Of a stretch of DNA of 64,000 bases, positions 1-12,519 are shown in pieces. Origin of the DNA: Eledone cirrhosa (Eukaryota); the NCBI GenBank assembly GCA_964016885.1, contig OZ024749.1:36456001-36520000 (forward strand), given 5' to 3'. The position numbers and the translations under genes are program-made. Every line of letters starts with the position of its first letter. Within the stretch, counting starts at the first letter, position 1. Below the pieces are notes generated by a model. That model saw only the letters and a program-made list of their open reading frames with translations. It ran no database searches and was not told the origin of the DNA.

Positions 1-117
1 ATATCAAGGACTGCAAAGCCAATGACTTCTAGCTTCTACGCTTCTACCCCACAAAAAAAAATTATGAAACTGAGGTACAGTGTAAAAAAAAAAGACATTT
101 TAAAAAAAAATTTTAAC

Positions 118-176
<59 letters not shown>

Positions 177-735
177 TCTTTTACCTGTTCTAACCACCCG
201 GCTGAGGCCATTTATATGAACAAGGCTTTGTTGAAATTTGAAAATATAGTTACCATTGTATATAACTTTTATAGTAGTTGGTATATGTCTTCTAAAGTAC
301 CTCTGGTTAGAGAAAATAGTGGAGGCATGTCTGGACACTTTCTTTATTAAGATGAATACTTTACCCCATTCTCTTCAACTATTATTATAGTTATCTACAT
401 TGACAACTATATTTTCACACACACATACACAATGTCAATGATTGACTCGAGTATGATCATTATCCAATTTAGTTTAGTATTCCAAAATTTAAAGGAAAAT
501 AGTGTAGAAATTATTTTGAGACATGTAGGCCCTAGAAGCAAAATTAAACGATCCTGATGGCTTAAGCTCAACGATATATGTTTTATAATAACATTTAGCG
601 TCTTTCCCACCATAAATCAGTTTTGCAGTCCCTGAATACATACATACATACATACATACATACATACATACACAAATACACACACATATGTATACATACA
701 TATATATACGGTTTGCTAATTTCTTATAGAACTAA

Positions 736-780
<45 letters not shown>

Positions 781-1706
781 GTGTGTGTGTGTATATGTAT
801 AAATACAATAATACAATTTTTTTTCTAAATCCATATTTTACAAATTGCAACAATCTTTTAACAAATTATTCTTTTACTAAATTCTTCCTTTATATTTTCT
901 ATCTCCAATTTAATATATTCCTCTAAGAAATGTCTTGGTGCTTAATTTTTCTTTAAATATTGACTTCTACCCTTAGAATCGGCAGAGTTTTTTCTTTCTA
1001 AAAATGGTGCTTTAAGGGTGTCTTTAGTCTCTTTCTCTATATTACTATTATTGTTGTTCTTCTTTGCTTAATGTTCTTCCTCTCTATTTAATCCCTGCTG
1101 ACAGCAGACTTATGCCTTTCTTTTCTATCAGACATGTTCCTCTGTCTGTGTGTCAGTGTGTGTGTGTGTGTGTGTGTGTGTTCCTGAGTGTATACACGTA
1201 CACACTGACACATACATATAAATGTACACAGACACTCATTTTCTTTTTATGCCTCTCCTCCTCTTTCTCTCCCCCTTGTCATCTCTATCTCTCACCTCTC
1301 TACCTATATCTACTTACCTCTCCCCCCCTTATCCCCACATCTTACCTTTGTCCCTGTTTCCCTTCTCTATCCCACTCTCCCCCATTGCTCAATAACAATC
1401 TGCTAACTCAAGGATTTAATTTTTGTTTTGTAGAATTTTATCCAGTGAACCTTTCATTTGTGTGTGTCCGAGTGTGTATATGTGTGTGTCCGAGTGTGTA
1501 TATGTGTGTGTGTCTGTATATGTAATAAGGTGAATGCATGTTAATGTTTTCCACTACAAAATGTACTCAATACAATGTGTAGAGTAGAATAAAATTTAGT
1601 AGAAACTTAAACTGAAAAAATGTGACACTGACATCCACCTTTCACCTCATGAGACAGCAGTGCCTGATGATCTGATGGCAGGTGAACCTCAGAGTTGGAC
1701 CATTAA

Positions 1707-1915
1707 CCCTTTAGCATTTAAATTGGCTGTATCCACCCAGAACTCTTTCACCTCTTTCTGTTTAAACCAGCCGTAATTGGCCGCTTATGCTGACGTTTAG
1801 GTATTGTTCTCAAAATAAATAATATAAAAAATCTCATAAATTCGATATTATGTGAGATAAAGCCTTTACTGCAAAAATACAATAGTAAATATAGAGTAAT
1901 GTAAATGCTAAAGGG
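1707..1915. mobile_element. piggyBac-like MITE (family 1), complete
   Basis: Perfect 14-bp TIRs ccctttagcattta (1707-1720) / taaatgctaaaggg (1902-1915), TTAA on both sides; related copy inverted at 29563-29782. Confidence 0.85.
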
Positions 1916-1936
1916 TTAAAGATTCCATTAAACTTA

Positions 1937-1979
<43 letters not shown>

Positions 1980-2054
1980 CTGTTCACTTCTTAGTTTAGT
2001 TATCTAGTTAGATATGTAGAATGTTTTGAAGGGTATGTAAAAGGTGATAGAAAC

Positions 2055-2330
2055 ACGACACTGACTGCAACCCATGACATGACATGACATGACACCACAC
2101 GACACTGACTACAACCCATGACATGACACCACACGACACTAACTACAACCCATGACATGACACCACACGACACTGACTACAACCCATGGCACCACACGAC
2201 ACTGGCTACACCACACTGACTGCAACATATGACACTACAGTACACTGGACCACACACTACTACAAGACGCTACATGACACTGGACCACACACTACTACAA
2301 GACACTACAGTACATTTGACCATACACTGC
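2055..2330. repeat. 34-bp minisatellite (acacgacactgactacaacccatgacatgacacc), degenerating 3'
   Basis: Direct tandem units visible, e.g. starts at 2097 and 2131. Confidence 0.85.
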
Positions 2331-2859
2331 CACACTACTTCTTTTGAGTAAACACCACACTATACTATTTATCAACAAGAATACATCAATATAGAATAGG
2401 CAGTTTTTGATCAGTGATAATAATCTTAACCATCTTATCCATCTTTTGATTCTATCAACAGTTGTTGGAATCACCATATTTCCTATAAACAACGTTTCTT
2501 TAGAATACAGATATTCCACATACACACCACACACAATATATATATATATATATATATTGTAGTAGTAGTAATAATAAATACAAAAGCCAAAATCCAGAGA
2601 AGACTCAATAAGGGTTTATATATATATATATATATATATAATCATCATCATCATTGTCATTTAACATCCATCTTCCACGCTAGCATGGGTTATATATATA
2701 TATAAACCCACAGAGAAAATATTTATTATTAGTACAGATTAAAAGTTTAAGCAAACAATTTTTACTTTCACTCTAAGCAAGATCAACTGAGAAATGTGAA
2801 TCTGTGGATGCAGAAGTAAATATTTAGTTTATTTTAATTATTTTTCTCTTTATCTTCAC

Positions 2860-3200
2860 TCTTAATTTTGTGTACCACATGAAACCACATTTACATGACA
2901 TTCTTCAAAAGTACAGAGCAGTGTGGAGTGCAGTACATTACTCCAAATTTTCACTGATTTGTTTACTAGTAAAGATATACAAAACAACACTGTGACTGCA
3001 TTGCAATCAAGATTAAAGTCTTTACTCTAATACTGCTGATTTTCACAACAATCTCTCCACTAGTAAAGACACTAAAAACGTTTCAATTAACAAGTATAAA
3101 ACAGCACTGATTGCATCACATTAAAAATTAAAATCTTTACTCTCGTGCAGCATATTTTCACAGTAATCTGTCCACTAATAAAGGTACTATAAAGGTTTGA
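2860..3200. repeat. Unclassified dispersed repeat
   Basis: gtaccacatgaaaccacatt...tccactagtaaag matches the reverse complement of 53560-53720. Confidence 0.6.
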
Positions 3201-4058
3201 ATTCACAAATTAGTTTTGAATGAATAAACCTGCTTTTAGATATTTTCTACTAAATCGTTAGAGGATGTTAAGTGTTAAATTAATTATCCCTTTGTTTTTG
3301 ATCCGTGTAAAATTCTTCTCTCATTAAAATTAATATTCAAATTAATATTGTTGTCAAGGAGATGGTAATTAGGGAGTTGGCCACAATCCCATCATGTCAT
3401 TTCTTTCATATCATAAACCATTCTTCGTTGCTGTTGCCAACCTATTCTCATTTACAGAAGCTTCTGGAAGTGAAGAATTACGTCAATAAGTCTCCGGGTG
3501 CTTACAACAACAACAACAATGATGGCGTTTTGATGTGATTGTTGTTGTTGTTGTTGCAGCAAGTGGTTGCCATTGGTAACCAGATAATAACCAGTGCTGA
3601 TTGCTAACTGATTAATTATTGAACATGATCGTTGCTTTGTGCCAAAATCATTACTGATAATGTATGTTTCTCACTACTGATAATGATGATTTTATAGCAA
3701 CAACTTACCTGTATTATCACACATTTTCTCACTACCGATAATGTTTTGATAGCAACTACTTACCTGCATTATCACTTTTCATTACTGATAATGTTCATTT
3801 TACATGAGTAAGTACTATATGTTTATACCAGTAATATTTGCTGAAAACGACTATAGGGGTACTGATAGTGTTTATTTGATAATATATCTATTGTAATTAA
3901 CTGGTTAGTGATAGGTTTTCTAATAGTGATGGTCTGTTAATAGTGTCTGTTAACAGATGGCAGTGATGTCTGTTAACAGATGGCAGTGATGTCTGTTAAC
4001 AGGTGGTAGTGATAGTATCTGTTAACAGGTGACAATCTACTTTATTATTATTATTACT

Positions 4059-4235
4059 TGGCAGTATAGTAGAGCATCAAACAATATGCTTTGCAGCATA
4101 GTTATGGCCCTTTATGTTTCGAGTTCAAATCCTGCTGGGTTTAGCTTTGCCTTTCATCCTTATGGGATCGATAAAATAAAGTACCAGTCATGCACTGGGG
4201 TCGATTTAATTGACTTTCCCCTCCCCTGAAAATCT
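4059..4235 (+). mobile_element. SINE family A, diverged copy
   Basis: ggcagtat head, gagttcaaatcc B-box, gcctttcatcct...gataaaataaagtaccag central block. Confidence 0.85.
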
Positions 4236-4350
4236 TTTCAAGAGACAACAATATATGTCTAGTACCTGGGTGGGGGGGTCCCCCCTCCTCTCCATTGGAC
4301 CTTTATCTTAAAGTTATATATCATTGTTGTTATTCTCATGTGTGTATATA

Positions 4351-4389
<39 letters not shown>

Positions 4390-5401
4390 GTTGGCATCAG
4401 GTAGAGTATCAGGCTGTAAAACATTCTCAAAACATACAGTCCAACCAATTCCAGTATTGAGAAGGTGGTGTAAAAATGAAGGTCATATGTATATGTATGT
4501 GTGTGTGTGTGTATATATATATATATGTATGTATATGCATGTGCATATATATATGTATATGTGTGTGTGTGTGTGTATATATATATTTGTATGTATGTAT
4601 GTATATAGATAGATAACCATCCTTTGCCTCTTGCCATCCACATGTATACACAGCCCTCTCTTCATTCCCCTCCTCCATCACATCAACCTCCACACATCAT
4701 TTCATTTCGCACCTGGTAATCGAAGAAATTTCAAGGAAGGTAATTTAAAACTTCAAATGCTACAAGATAGAAAACATAGACAGAACTATATCGCCCATCA
4801 TAGAAAACATAAACATAGACTGCACTACATCAGCCATTCACTTGGTGAGTAAATATGATGGAACCTAACGAATAAAGTGTGTGGTTTGTTGGAAAGGAAT
4901 CCGAGACAATATCTAAACAGTTCCTGGGGAAATGGGGTTGGAGCTTCCAGTGAAAGATGAGCTGATCTTAGGAACTGAGTAATCTGAAAGCTGTTGTAAT
5001 TACTGCTGAATAAACAGAATAATTAGTGATATGTTGTGTAAACATTGCAAGAATGGGGGTTTATTTAAATGTCTTGTCATGGAGTTTCTGCTTTCAAATT
5101 CACCCTTTCATTACCATATCTCTAATAAAAGATGCAGCTTGTGATTTTCAAATAATTTTGACATATATACACATCTATATAGATAGATAGATAGATAGTT
5201 AGATATAGATATGTGTGTATATGTACATATATATATATATGTATATAGATTTGTGTATATTTACATATATGTATATAGATATATATATATATATGTATAG
5301 ACATATATATACATATAGACATATATATGTATATAGATATGTGTGTATATATATATATATGTGTATATATATATGTATATAGATATGTGTGTATATATAT
5401 A

Positions 5402-5461
<60 letters not shown>

Positions 5462-5502
5462 GGCCAACTGTTAGGGTATTGTTTCCCCCACCCCATTCCT
5501 TA

Positions 5503-5540
5503 TCAGATTTGATTTTGTTCCCAGTTGTGTTCTTCCACAA
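5503..5540 (-). CDS. Candidate terminal coding exon ([11 protein letters not shown]) of an unknown minus-strand gene
   Basis: Strong acceptor ttttttttacag; phase-compatible with candidate exon 6609-6721; AATAAA on minus strand near 5060; no homology recognised. Confidence 0.3.
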
Positions 5541-5834
5541 CTGTAAAAAAAAACACACACACACAATAATAAAAAAAAAAGAAACCAGGAACAAAATGAA
5601 GTGCATTGTTGATTAGATTATCAAGCTAAGATTCATAATAACCATCCAACTAAGCCACTACCCATTTAACCAGCCAACCACCCATTTAACCAACCAAACC
5701 AGCTAAACAGTCCTGCTCTAACTGTTATATACAACATTTAACTTAAAGCTTACTAAAGCATGACTTAACCTTTTTATTTTTTATTTTATATAATATCATT
5801 TTTGTTTTGTTTTGTTTCATTTTATTTTCTATGT

Positions 5835-5990
5835 GAAGGCACATGGCTTAGTGGTTAGAGTGTTGGACTAATAGTCATAAGGTTGTGGTTTCAATCCCTG
5901 GACTGGGCAAGGCATTGTGATGTTGAATCAAATACATTGCTCCTTCTGTCAGGAGTTGTGTCCAGCAAATAGTATCTGTGGTGGTAAAAA
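5835..5990 (+). mobile_element. tRNA-derived SINE (family related to 18003-18218)
   Basis: ggcacatggcttagtggttagagtg A-box and ggtttcaatccc B-box; body ttgctccttct...ggagttgtg shared with the 18003 copy. Confidence 0.75.
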
Positions 5991-6012
5991 GAAAGAAAAT
6001 ATACTGATTGTC

Positions 6013-6530
6013 AAATCGGACCAAGGAAACAATGAAACAATGTTTCCATTGCTCTTTCTGCTGCTGATATTTATCTGTTGGTCTTCTGATCAGACCAAAG
6101 AAACAGTATTTCCATTGGTCTTTCCATTGATGATATCTGTTGGTCATCATTTTGGACCAAAGAAACAATGTTTCCATTGGTCTTTCCATTGCTGATACTA
6201 TCTGTTGGCCATCAGATTGAACTAAGGAAACAATGTTTCCATTGATCTTTCTGTTGCAAATACAATCTGCTGGTTATTAGATCGGACCAAGGAAACAATA
6301 ATTCTATTGGTCTTTCCGTTGCTGATACTATCTGCTGGTTATCAGATCAGACCAAGGAAACAATGTTTCCATTGGTCTTCCTGTTGTTAATACTATATGC
6401 AGGTCATTAGATTGGACCAAAGAAACAATGTTTTCATTGGTCTTTCTGCTGCTAATACTATCTGATGCCCAGTCCAGGAATTGAACACACAACCTTATGA
6501 TTATGAGTTTAACACATTAACTAATGGCAA
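6013..6530 (-). repeat. ~65-bp minisatellite (~7 units) inside an antisense SINE copy
   Basis: Units atcggaccaaggaaacaatgtttccattggtctttc... at 6151, 6216, 6281, 6346, 6411; monomer matches the reverse complement of 18135-18200; SINE head on minus strand at 6466-6530. Confidence 0.8.
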
Positions 6531-6608
6531 AACCAATGATGTAAACATTTTTTTTTTTTTTTTCTCTGATCTTGTTTCCCTTTTGCCCTCATACTAATAT
6601 CATAATAC

Positions 6609-6721
6609 CGAAATCAACTGTTTGTGTTATTGTTATTGTTGTTTGTGTTTTTGTTGTTGTTATCCTTGTCTGGTCTTCAATGCTGCTTCCTAACTGCTGA
6701 GAACATTTTTCCAATTCATTG
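6609..6721 (-). CDS. Candidate internal exon (NELEKCSQQLGSSIEDQTRITTTKTQTTITITQTVDF)
   Basis: T-rich acceptor ...attgtag, donor cg|gtatta, open frame, phases 2/1 compatible with neighbours. Confidence 0.3.
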
Positions 6722-7427
6722 CTACAATAATAATAATAATAATAATTATTATAATAATAATAATAGTAATAATAATAATAATGGTGGTGTTTTCTTTTCC
6801 TCTCTATCATCTAACCAAACCCTTCAGAACTTTTATTTTTTATATCTTTTCTTTATTACCTTTTATTTTTCATTTTATTTTTTTTTTAACCCACATTTGT
6901 ATGAATTTGGTTTCAATAAAAAATATTTTCATTTAACTTAAAATTGTTTTCATTTCTTTGTTTTATAATTGTTATTATTACTAGTATTAATATTTATCAT
7001 TACTATCATTACTATTATTATTATTATTATCGTTATCGTTATTATTATTATTATTATCATTATTGTTGTCATTGTTACTATTCTTGTTATTGTTGCTATT
7101 CTTTTTGTTGTTGTTTCAGCCTTCTGGTGTTTGATAAAATAAAGTACCTGTCAAATATTGAGATCGATATAATTGACTTTCCCTTCCCCACGAATTACAT
7201 CCCTTGTGCCTTGATTAGAGATCATTAATTTTCCATGCATGCTCATGTCCATTTTTTTTTTTCTCCTTCTGTTCTTGGGGCTTATATGTCCTGTTATATA
7301 TAGACTATTTTCTATAGTCAAAAATACGGTGAAAGTTACTAATTCAATTTTCAAATTTCAATCACTGCCATCTTCTAAATATGTGATTAAAATTATTACT
7401 ATTATTACTATTATTATTATTGGCAGT

Positions 7428-7915
7428 GGGAAGGGCAGGCAGTTTTTATCTGTCTGGTGGCCATGGCGAAAGAGATAGTATGGTGGACACGTTTGAAAGG
7501 GCTGAAGACGAGCACTTACCTCTTCGGTGATGCCCTGATTAACTTTTTCAAATTTCATTTGAAAAGGAAAATCAGGGTAGAGAGGGAAGTGCTCTCTTCC
7601 CAGCATTTTGTTGAAAGATGGGTGAGAGAAGCAAGTATGGCCCGAATGAATGGGCCTTCTCTGAGTATGTGTCTGTAAATTAAAGGTGGGAGAGGGCACT
7701 TGCCCTGGTGGTCAGGGCCACTGTGGTCTTTTAATGGGCTTTCTCCACAAATGTCCCTCGGAAGTCTGCCCCCCTATTGGGGAATTTTTCTTTGTTATTT
7801 TATTTCAACCTCTGTTTTTTTTACACGCAGAAATGCCCATTTGTACCGTCCTGTATTGTCCTGTACTGTCCTTAATGTCTACTTTATGTAAACCCTTGTG
7901 GTTAATAAAGAAAAC
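7428..7915 (+). mobile_element. L1/Tx1-clade LINE 3' end, 5'-truncated, with 18-bp TSD
   Basis: ORF end MAKEIVWWTRLKG...FVERWV resembles L1/Tx1 ORF2 C-terminus; A-rich end aataaagaaaac; TSD attattattattggcagt at 7410-7427 and 7916-7933. Confidence 0.75.
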
Positions 7916-7926
7916 ATTATTATTAT

Positions 7927-8335
7927 TGGCAGTATCGGTAGAGCGTCAGACATCGTGCTTTGTGACATAGTTACGGTCCTGAGTTCAAATCCCGCCGAGG
8001 TTAGCTTTGCCTTGCCTTTCATCCTGACAGGGTTGATAAAATAATTTTCTACTTTTGGCACAAGGCCAGCAATTACCCAGTGTATTACTGGTACTTTATT
8101 TTATCGACCCCCGTAAGGATGAAAGGCAAAGTTGACCTCGGCGGGATTTGAACTCAGAATGGCAAGGGCCGTAACTCAATGCGTCAAATAATGGCGTCCG
8201 ACCCTCTACCGATACTGCCAATCCACCGCCTTAGGGTTGATAAAATAATACATCAGTAATACACTGGAGTTGATTTAATCAACTTTCTCCTCCCCACAAA
8301 TTGCTGGCCTTGTGCCTAAATCAGAAGCCATTATT
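7927..8335 (+). mobile_element. SINE A host copy split by an antisense SINE A
   Basis: Head 7927-8045 and tail 8233-8335 join into one SINE. Confidence 0.85.
8046..8232 (-). mobile_element. SINE A, full length, with 17-bp TSD
   Basis: TSD agggttgataaaataat at 8029-8045 and 8233-8249. Confidence 0.9.
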
Positions 8336-8360
8336 ATTATTGTTATATTATTAGGGCTCT

Positions 8361-8575
8361 GAATTGGCAGTATCGGTAGAGCGTCGAACAACATACTTTG
8401 CAGCATATAGTTACGTCCCTTTATGTTCTGATTTGAAATTCCACCAAGATTAGCTTTCTCTTTCATTCTTTTGTAGTGGATAAAATGAAGTACCAGTAAT
8501 GTACTGGGGTTGATCTATTCGACTTTCCCTTCCCCCAAAATTGTTGGCCTTGTACCTAAATGAGAATGAAATATT
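8361..8575 (+). mobile_element. SINE A, diverged
   Basis: gaattggcagtatcggtagag head and ggccttgtacctaaa tail. Confidence 0.8.
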
Positions 8576-9029
8576 ATTGCACTACATGAGACAAAATCTT
8601 TTGCAGTATTTAATTATTGAATGTCATTGTTGATAATTTTCTCATTATTAAAATGGTATTTGGTACATAACTTAACTGAGGTTCTTATATAAAAGATAAG
8701 TATAAACACTTTATAGTGAAATTTTTGTATAACAAAATCAAGAGTTTAAAAAAAAAAATGATTGTGTAGGGTCTGATTTGAGGTGAATTTTGTGGCTATT
8801 TCTAGCAGATAGTGTAACCAGTGTGAGGTGCCATCATTAGTTCTGTTTATCAGTGGTGGAGACAGAGGAAGAAGGTCGGGTTACAATGTGGTATCTTTGA
8901 TTTTATTGGAAAAGTATCATCAAAGGACCTTTTTTTTTTTTTTTTTTTTTTTTCTTTCTTTCAATCTACATGGAACAAAGGTATGTTTTATCTCTCACAA
9001 TCTTTATATATATATATGAGAGGAATTAC

Positions 9030-9115
9030 TCTGTAATGTATCTTAGAATCTTCCGACTACAATTATTATTATTATTATTATTGCTACCATTGTTATTGTC
9101 ATCAGTCATTGTTGT
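9030..9115 (-). CDS. Candidate internal exon (TTMTDDNNNGSNNNNNNNCSRKILRYIT)
   Basis: Acceptor tttctcatttactaaatctag, donor aga|gtaatt, 86 nt (phase 0 to 2), compatible with 6609-6721. Confidence 0.3.
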
Positions 9116-9387
9116 CTAGATTTAGTAAATGAGAAATAAATACATCCATTTGACTTCAGCATCCTGTTGGAAATATGATTTTTTAATGATTATTTATGTA
9201 AATGTTTAGGTGTATTTGCACATACATGCTTGTGTGTACACACACATATATATATATATCAAAAGTAGAAGTATTGTATCACAAACTCTTAGAGTATAGT
9301 ACGATATATTATATTAGATGCCTTATGCAAAAGGAAAGCATGCTTGAAGTTGCAATATTATATGTTTAGTGTGTTTGATTCCCCATC

Positions 9388-9431
<44 letters not shown>

Positions 9432-9832
9432 ATATATAAGGAACAAGGAGCTGTGTGGTTACTTGATAAAGTGTATTTAGGAATAAAAGAAAGTACAAAC
9501 AAGGAACAGAGAAGGGACCTGTCCCTTGTTTGTGCTTTCCTTTTATTTCTAAATATATATATATGTACATATATACATGTATGTTTGTGTGTATGTGTGT
9601 ATGCCTGTATAAATGTGTTATGTCATACATTCTAAAAATCCAACATAAGGTCTTACAACAACAAACAAGCAAGCAAACAACCTAGAAACAGTATTTCAAG
9701 ATTTCAGCAGTAAAAATGTAAAATATTGTTAAATTGTGGAAATATTTAGTCCATAAATATATTTCTCTTCATGATTGAGTCATTTCATTCTACTTTCTCT
9801 TTCTCTCCATATTTATTATTATTATTATTATT

Positions 9833-10237
9833 TGGCGGTGGATTGGCAGTATCGGTAGAGGGTCGGACACCATGCTTTCCAGCATAGTTACGTCCCTTTA
9901 CGATCTGAGTTCAAATCCCGCCGAGGTTGACTTTGCCTTTCATCCTTACGGGGTCGATAAAATAAATTACCAGTAATGCACTGGGTAATTGCTGGCCTTG
10001 TGCCTAAAGTAGAAATAATTATTATTATTATTTGGCAGTATCAGTAGAGCGTCAGACACCATGCTTTGCAGCATAGAGTTATGGCTCTTTACATTCTTGA
10101 GTTTAAATCCTACTGAGGTTAGCTTTGCCTTTTCTTCTTCTGAGGTTGATAAAATAAAGTACCATTAATGCACTGGGGTTGATTCAATTGACTCTTCCCT
10201 CTCCTTCAAATTGCTGGCCTTGTGCTTGAAGTAGAAA
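9833..10237 (+). mobile_element. Two tandem SINE A copies
   Basis: 9833-10020 near consensus, 10032-10237 diverged; both follow (ATT)n. Confidence 0.9.
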
Positions 10238-10830
10238 TGCGCACAAAGCAACAAAACCGTTCTGCACACACTCATCCAGTGTCCGTGCATTACTGACTTC
10301 AGGAGTTATATCGAACAGCTATTGTCACGTGTAGAACGGATCCGGCTATCGACCGAATCCATAGCGAAGATCGCCCCATCGCCTTCTTTTTGCTGGGACG
10401 GGCAGGCAGTTTTCTTCTCTGTCTGGTGGTGGTGGTGGTGAAAGAGGTTGCGTGGTGGACCAGGTTGAAAGGACTGAGACAGACACCTTTCTCTTCAACC
10501 AATCCCTCATCAGCTTTTTCAAGTTTCATTTGGAAAGGAAGTGGATGGTGGAGAGAGAAGTGCTGCCACCCCAGTACATTTGCTAAAAGGTAGTTGAATG
10601 TGACGAGAATGGGCCTACTCGGAGCATGAGACTATAGGCTGGTTGATTTGAGGATGAGAGGGGTACCCTTGAAGCATCAGGGGGGTTCAAGATTGGTGGG
10701 TGCTTGAGTCGCCTCTGGGTGGTTCTTCCCCCTATGTTAAGTTCTATCCCACAGCCATCTCTGTTGTAGGTATATATTTCATAAGTGGTTATTTTAATTT
10801 ATCGATGTAACTGTCACCAACTTCACATAC
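10238..10830 (+). mobile_element. L1/Tx1-clade LINE 3' fragment (degenerate)
   Basis: TVLHTLIQCP motif (remnant of the CCHC knuckle, zf-RVT type) then KEVAWWTRLKGL, homologous to the 7428 copy. Confidence 0.75.
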
Positions 10831-11690
10831 ACACATACATATATTAACACTGCATATGCACGTGTATAGATAGATACAGAAACATATGCACACAAGCAAT
10901 AACACCCATACCTGCACACACAAACACACACATACACACAAACACACACATATTTACCGAGTTGGTGTCTAAATTCCTCCGAGTCTTGTTTCTATGTTAG
11001 AAACCAGCTCTCTCTTTATATTGGTGAAAATTTATAAAATAATATATCATACATGCATACATACATACATACATACATACATACATACATACATACATGC
11101 ATACATATTCACATATACACAAATATATACATTATAGATGTATATACACACACATATACAGACACCTGTTTATGTACCCTGACACACACACATACATACA
11201 TACATACCTGTATATGCACTTAAGCAAATACATAACATTTAGTTGTTTACGGAAGGAGTTTATTCAAAATTATTTTGTTATTTCGAATGTTAAAAGCTGT
11301 AAAATCACCAAGTCTTCAATATTTCTCTCTAATCAAGCTTGAAGGTCAGCCATCTTTGACAACAATGGCAGAAATTATATTTATTTGTCTTTTTTATGTT
11401 TGGCTCTTGTTTTTCCTTATAATTTCTTTATATCCAATAAAATTTTTCTAGAAAAATTTGAAGAACTGGCGTCTAGGGAGGAAATATATTGTTTATATTT
11501 TCAAAACAAGTATAGAAAATATAAAATTTAGTCTTTATGTAATATGTGTGCATTCATTTGATTTCCTATATAAATATAAAATATCATTCAAACCTCTATT
11601 AACTTTGGAAAAAACAGATGTATAAGGTCAGTAGCCTAATGGTTAGTGTTGGGCATATATTCATAAATATCACATTTGATATCAATTTAA

Positions 11691-11949
11691 CCCATATGAT
11701 ATAAAACTGCCTGAAACCCCTAACAAGTTAGTTTTATGATACAGCACTGTTGATTGTAAGTGTTTACATTTATCTTAAAACGATCCATCATAATTTTGTG
11801 TGAGAACGTTTATTAAATTATTTTCCAAACACCAACTTAATGATGAGAAAGTTAGTTATTTTACTAAATCCTTCCAAATTATTGATATTTTCTAAATGAT
11901 TTGAAAATCATAGGCATAGTTTTTCATTAGTAATATGGTAAAGAAAGGA
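11691..11949. mobile_element. piggyBac-like MITE (family 2)
   Basis: TTAA-ccc start, aaagga-TTAA end; internal sequence shared with 15234-15707, 15985-16511, 48935-49422, 55835-55995 and 61734-62111. Confidence 0.65.
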
Positions 11950-12108
11950 TTAAAGTGTTTGTTTGTGTGTATGTGTCTCTCTCTCTACACGCACGCACAC
12001 ACACACACACACGCACACGCACACGCACGCGCACGCGCACACACACACACACACACACACACAGTCTTGCCCAACTCATATTAGCACGGAAGAAGACAGA
12101 TGTAAATA

Positions 12109-12262
12109 TAATTGTTTCTACTTTAGGCACAAGGCCAGCAAATACCCAGTGTATTACTGGTACTTTATTTTATCGACCCCGTAAGGATGAAAGGCTAAGT
12201 TAACCTCGGTGGGATTTGAATTCAGAATGGCAAGGGCCGTAACTCTATGCGTCATAGCATGT
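12109..12262 (-). mobile_element. SINE A, 5'-truncated
   Basis: Reverse complement of SINE A body and tail. Confidence 0.85.
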
Positions 12263-12519
12263 ATTGAACTTAATGGTAAGGGTGTTGGACTCATATTTGT
12301 GAAGTCATCGGTTTATGTATATATACCACTAAGCCATGAACCTTCACACATACACACACACTTATAGCCTAAAAGAAACTAAAGAACATACACACAAATA
12401 CACACTCTAAAGAACACACATATATATATACACACAAATACATATACACACATACACTGAGTGACTCAAATGTCCAAACAATAGATATTGTAATATATAT
12501 ATCTGATGTTTTCTGCATC

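Noticed and set aside
1-638. Possible MITE with tcaaggactgcaaa / tttgcagtccctga termini
   Set aside because: Only a 13/14-bp match at the window edge; TSD cannot be verified
3700-3770. Two perfect minus-strand donors cag|gtaagt
   Set aside because: Both are copies within a ~55-bp tandem repeat
4654-4844. Plus-strand exon ending at ttg|gtgagt
   Set aside because: Weak acceptor, internal short duplications, no partner exons or homology
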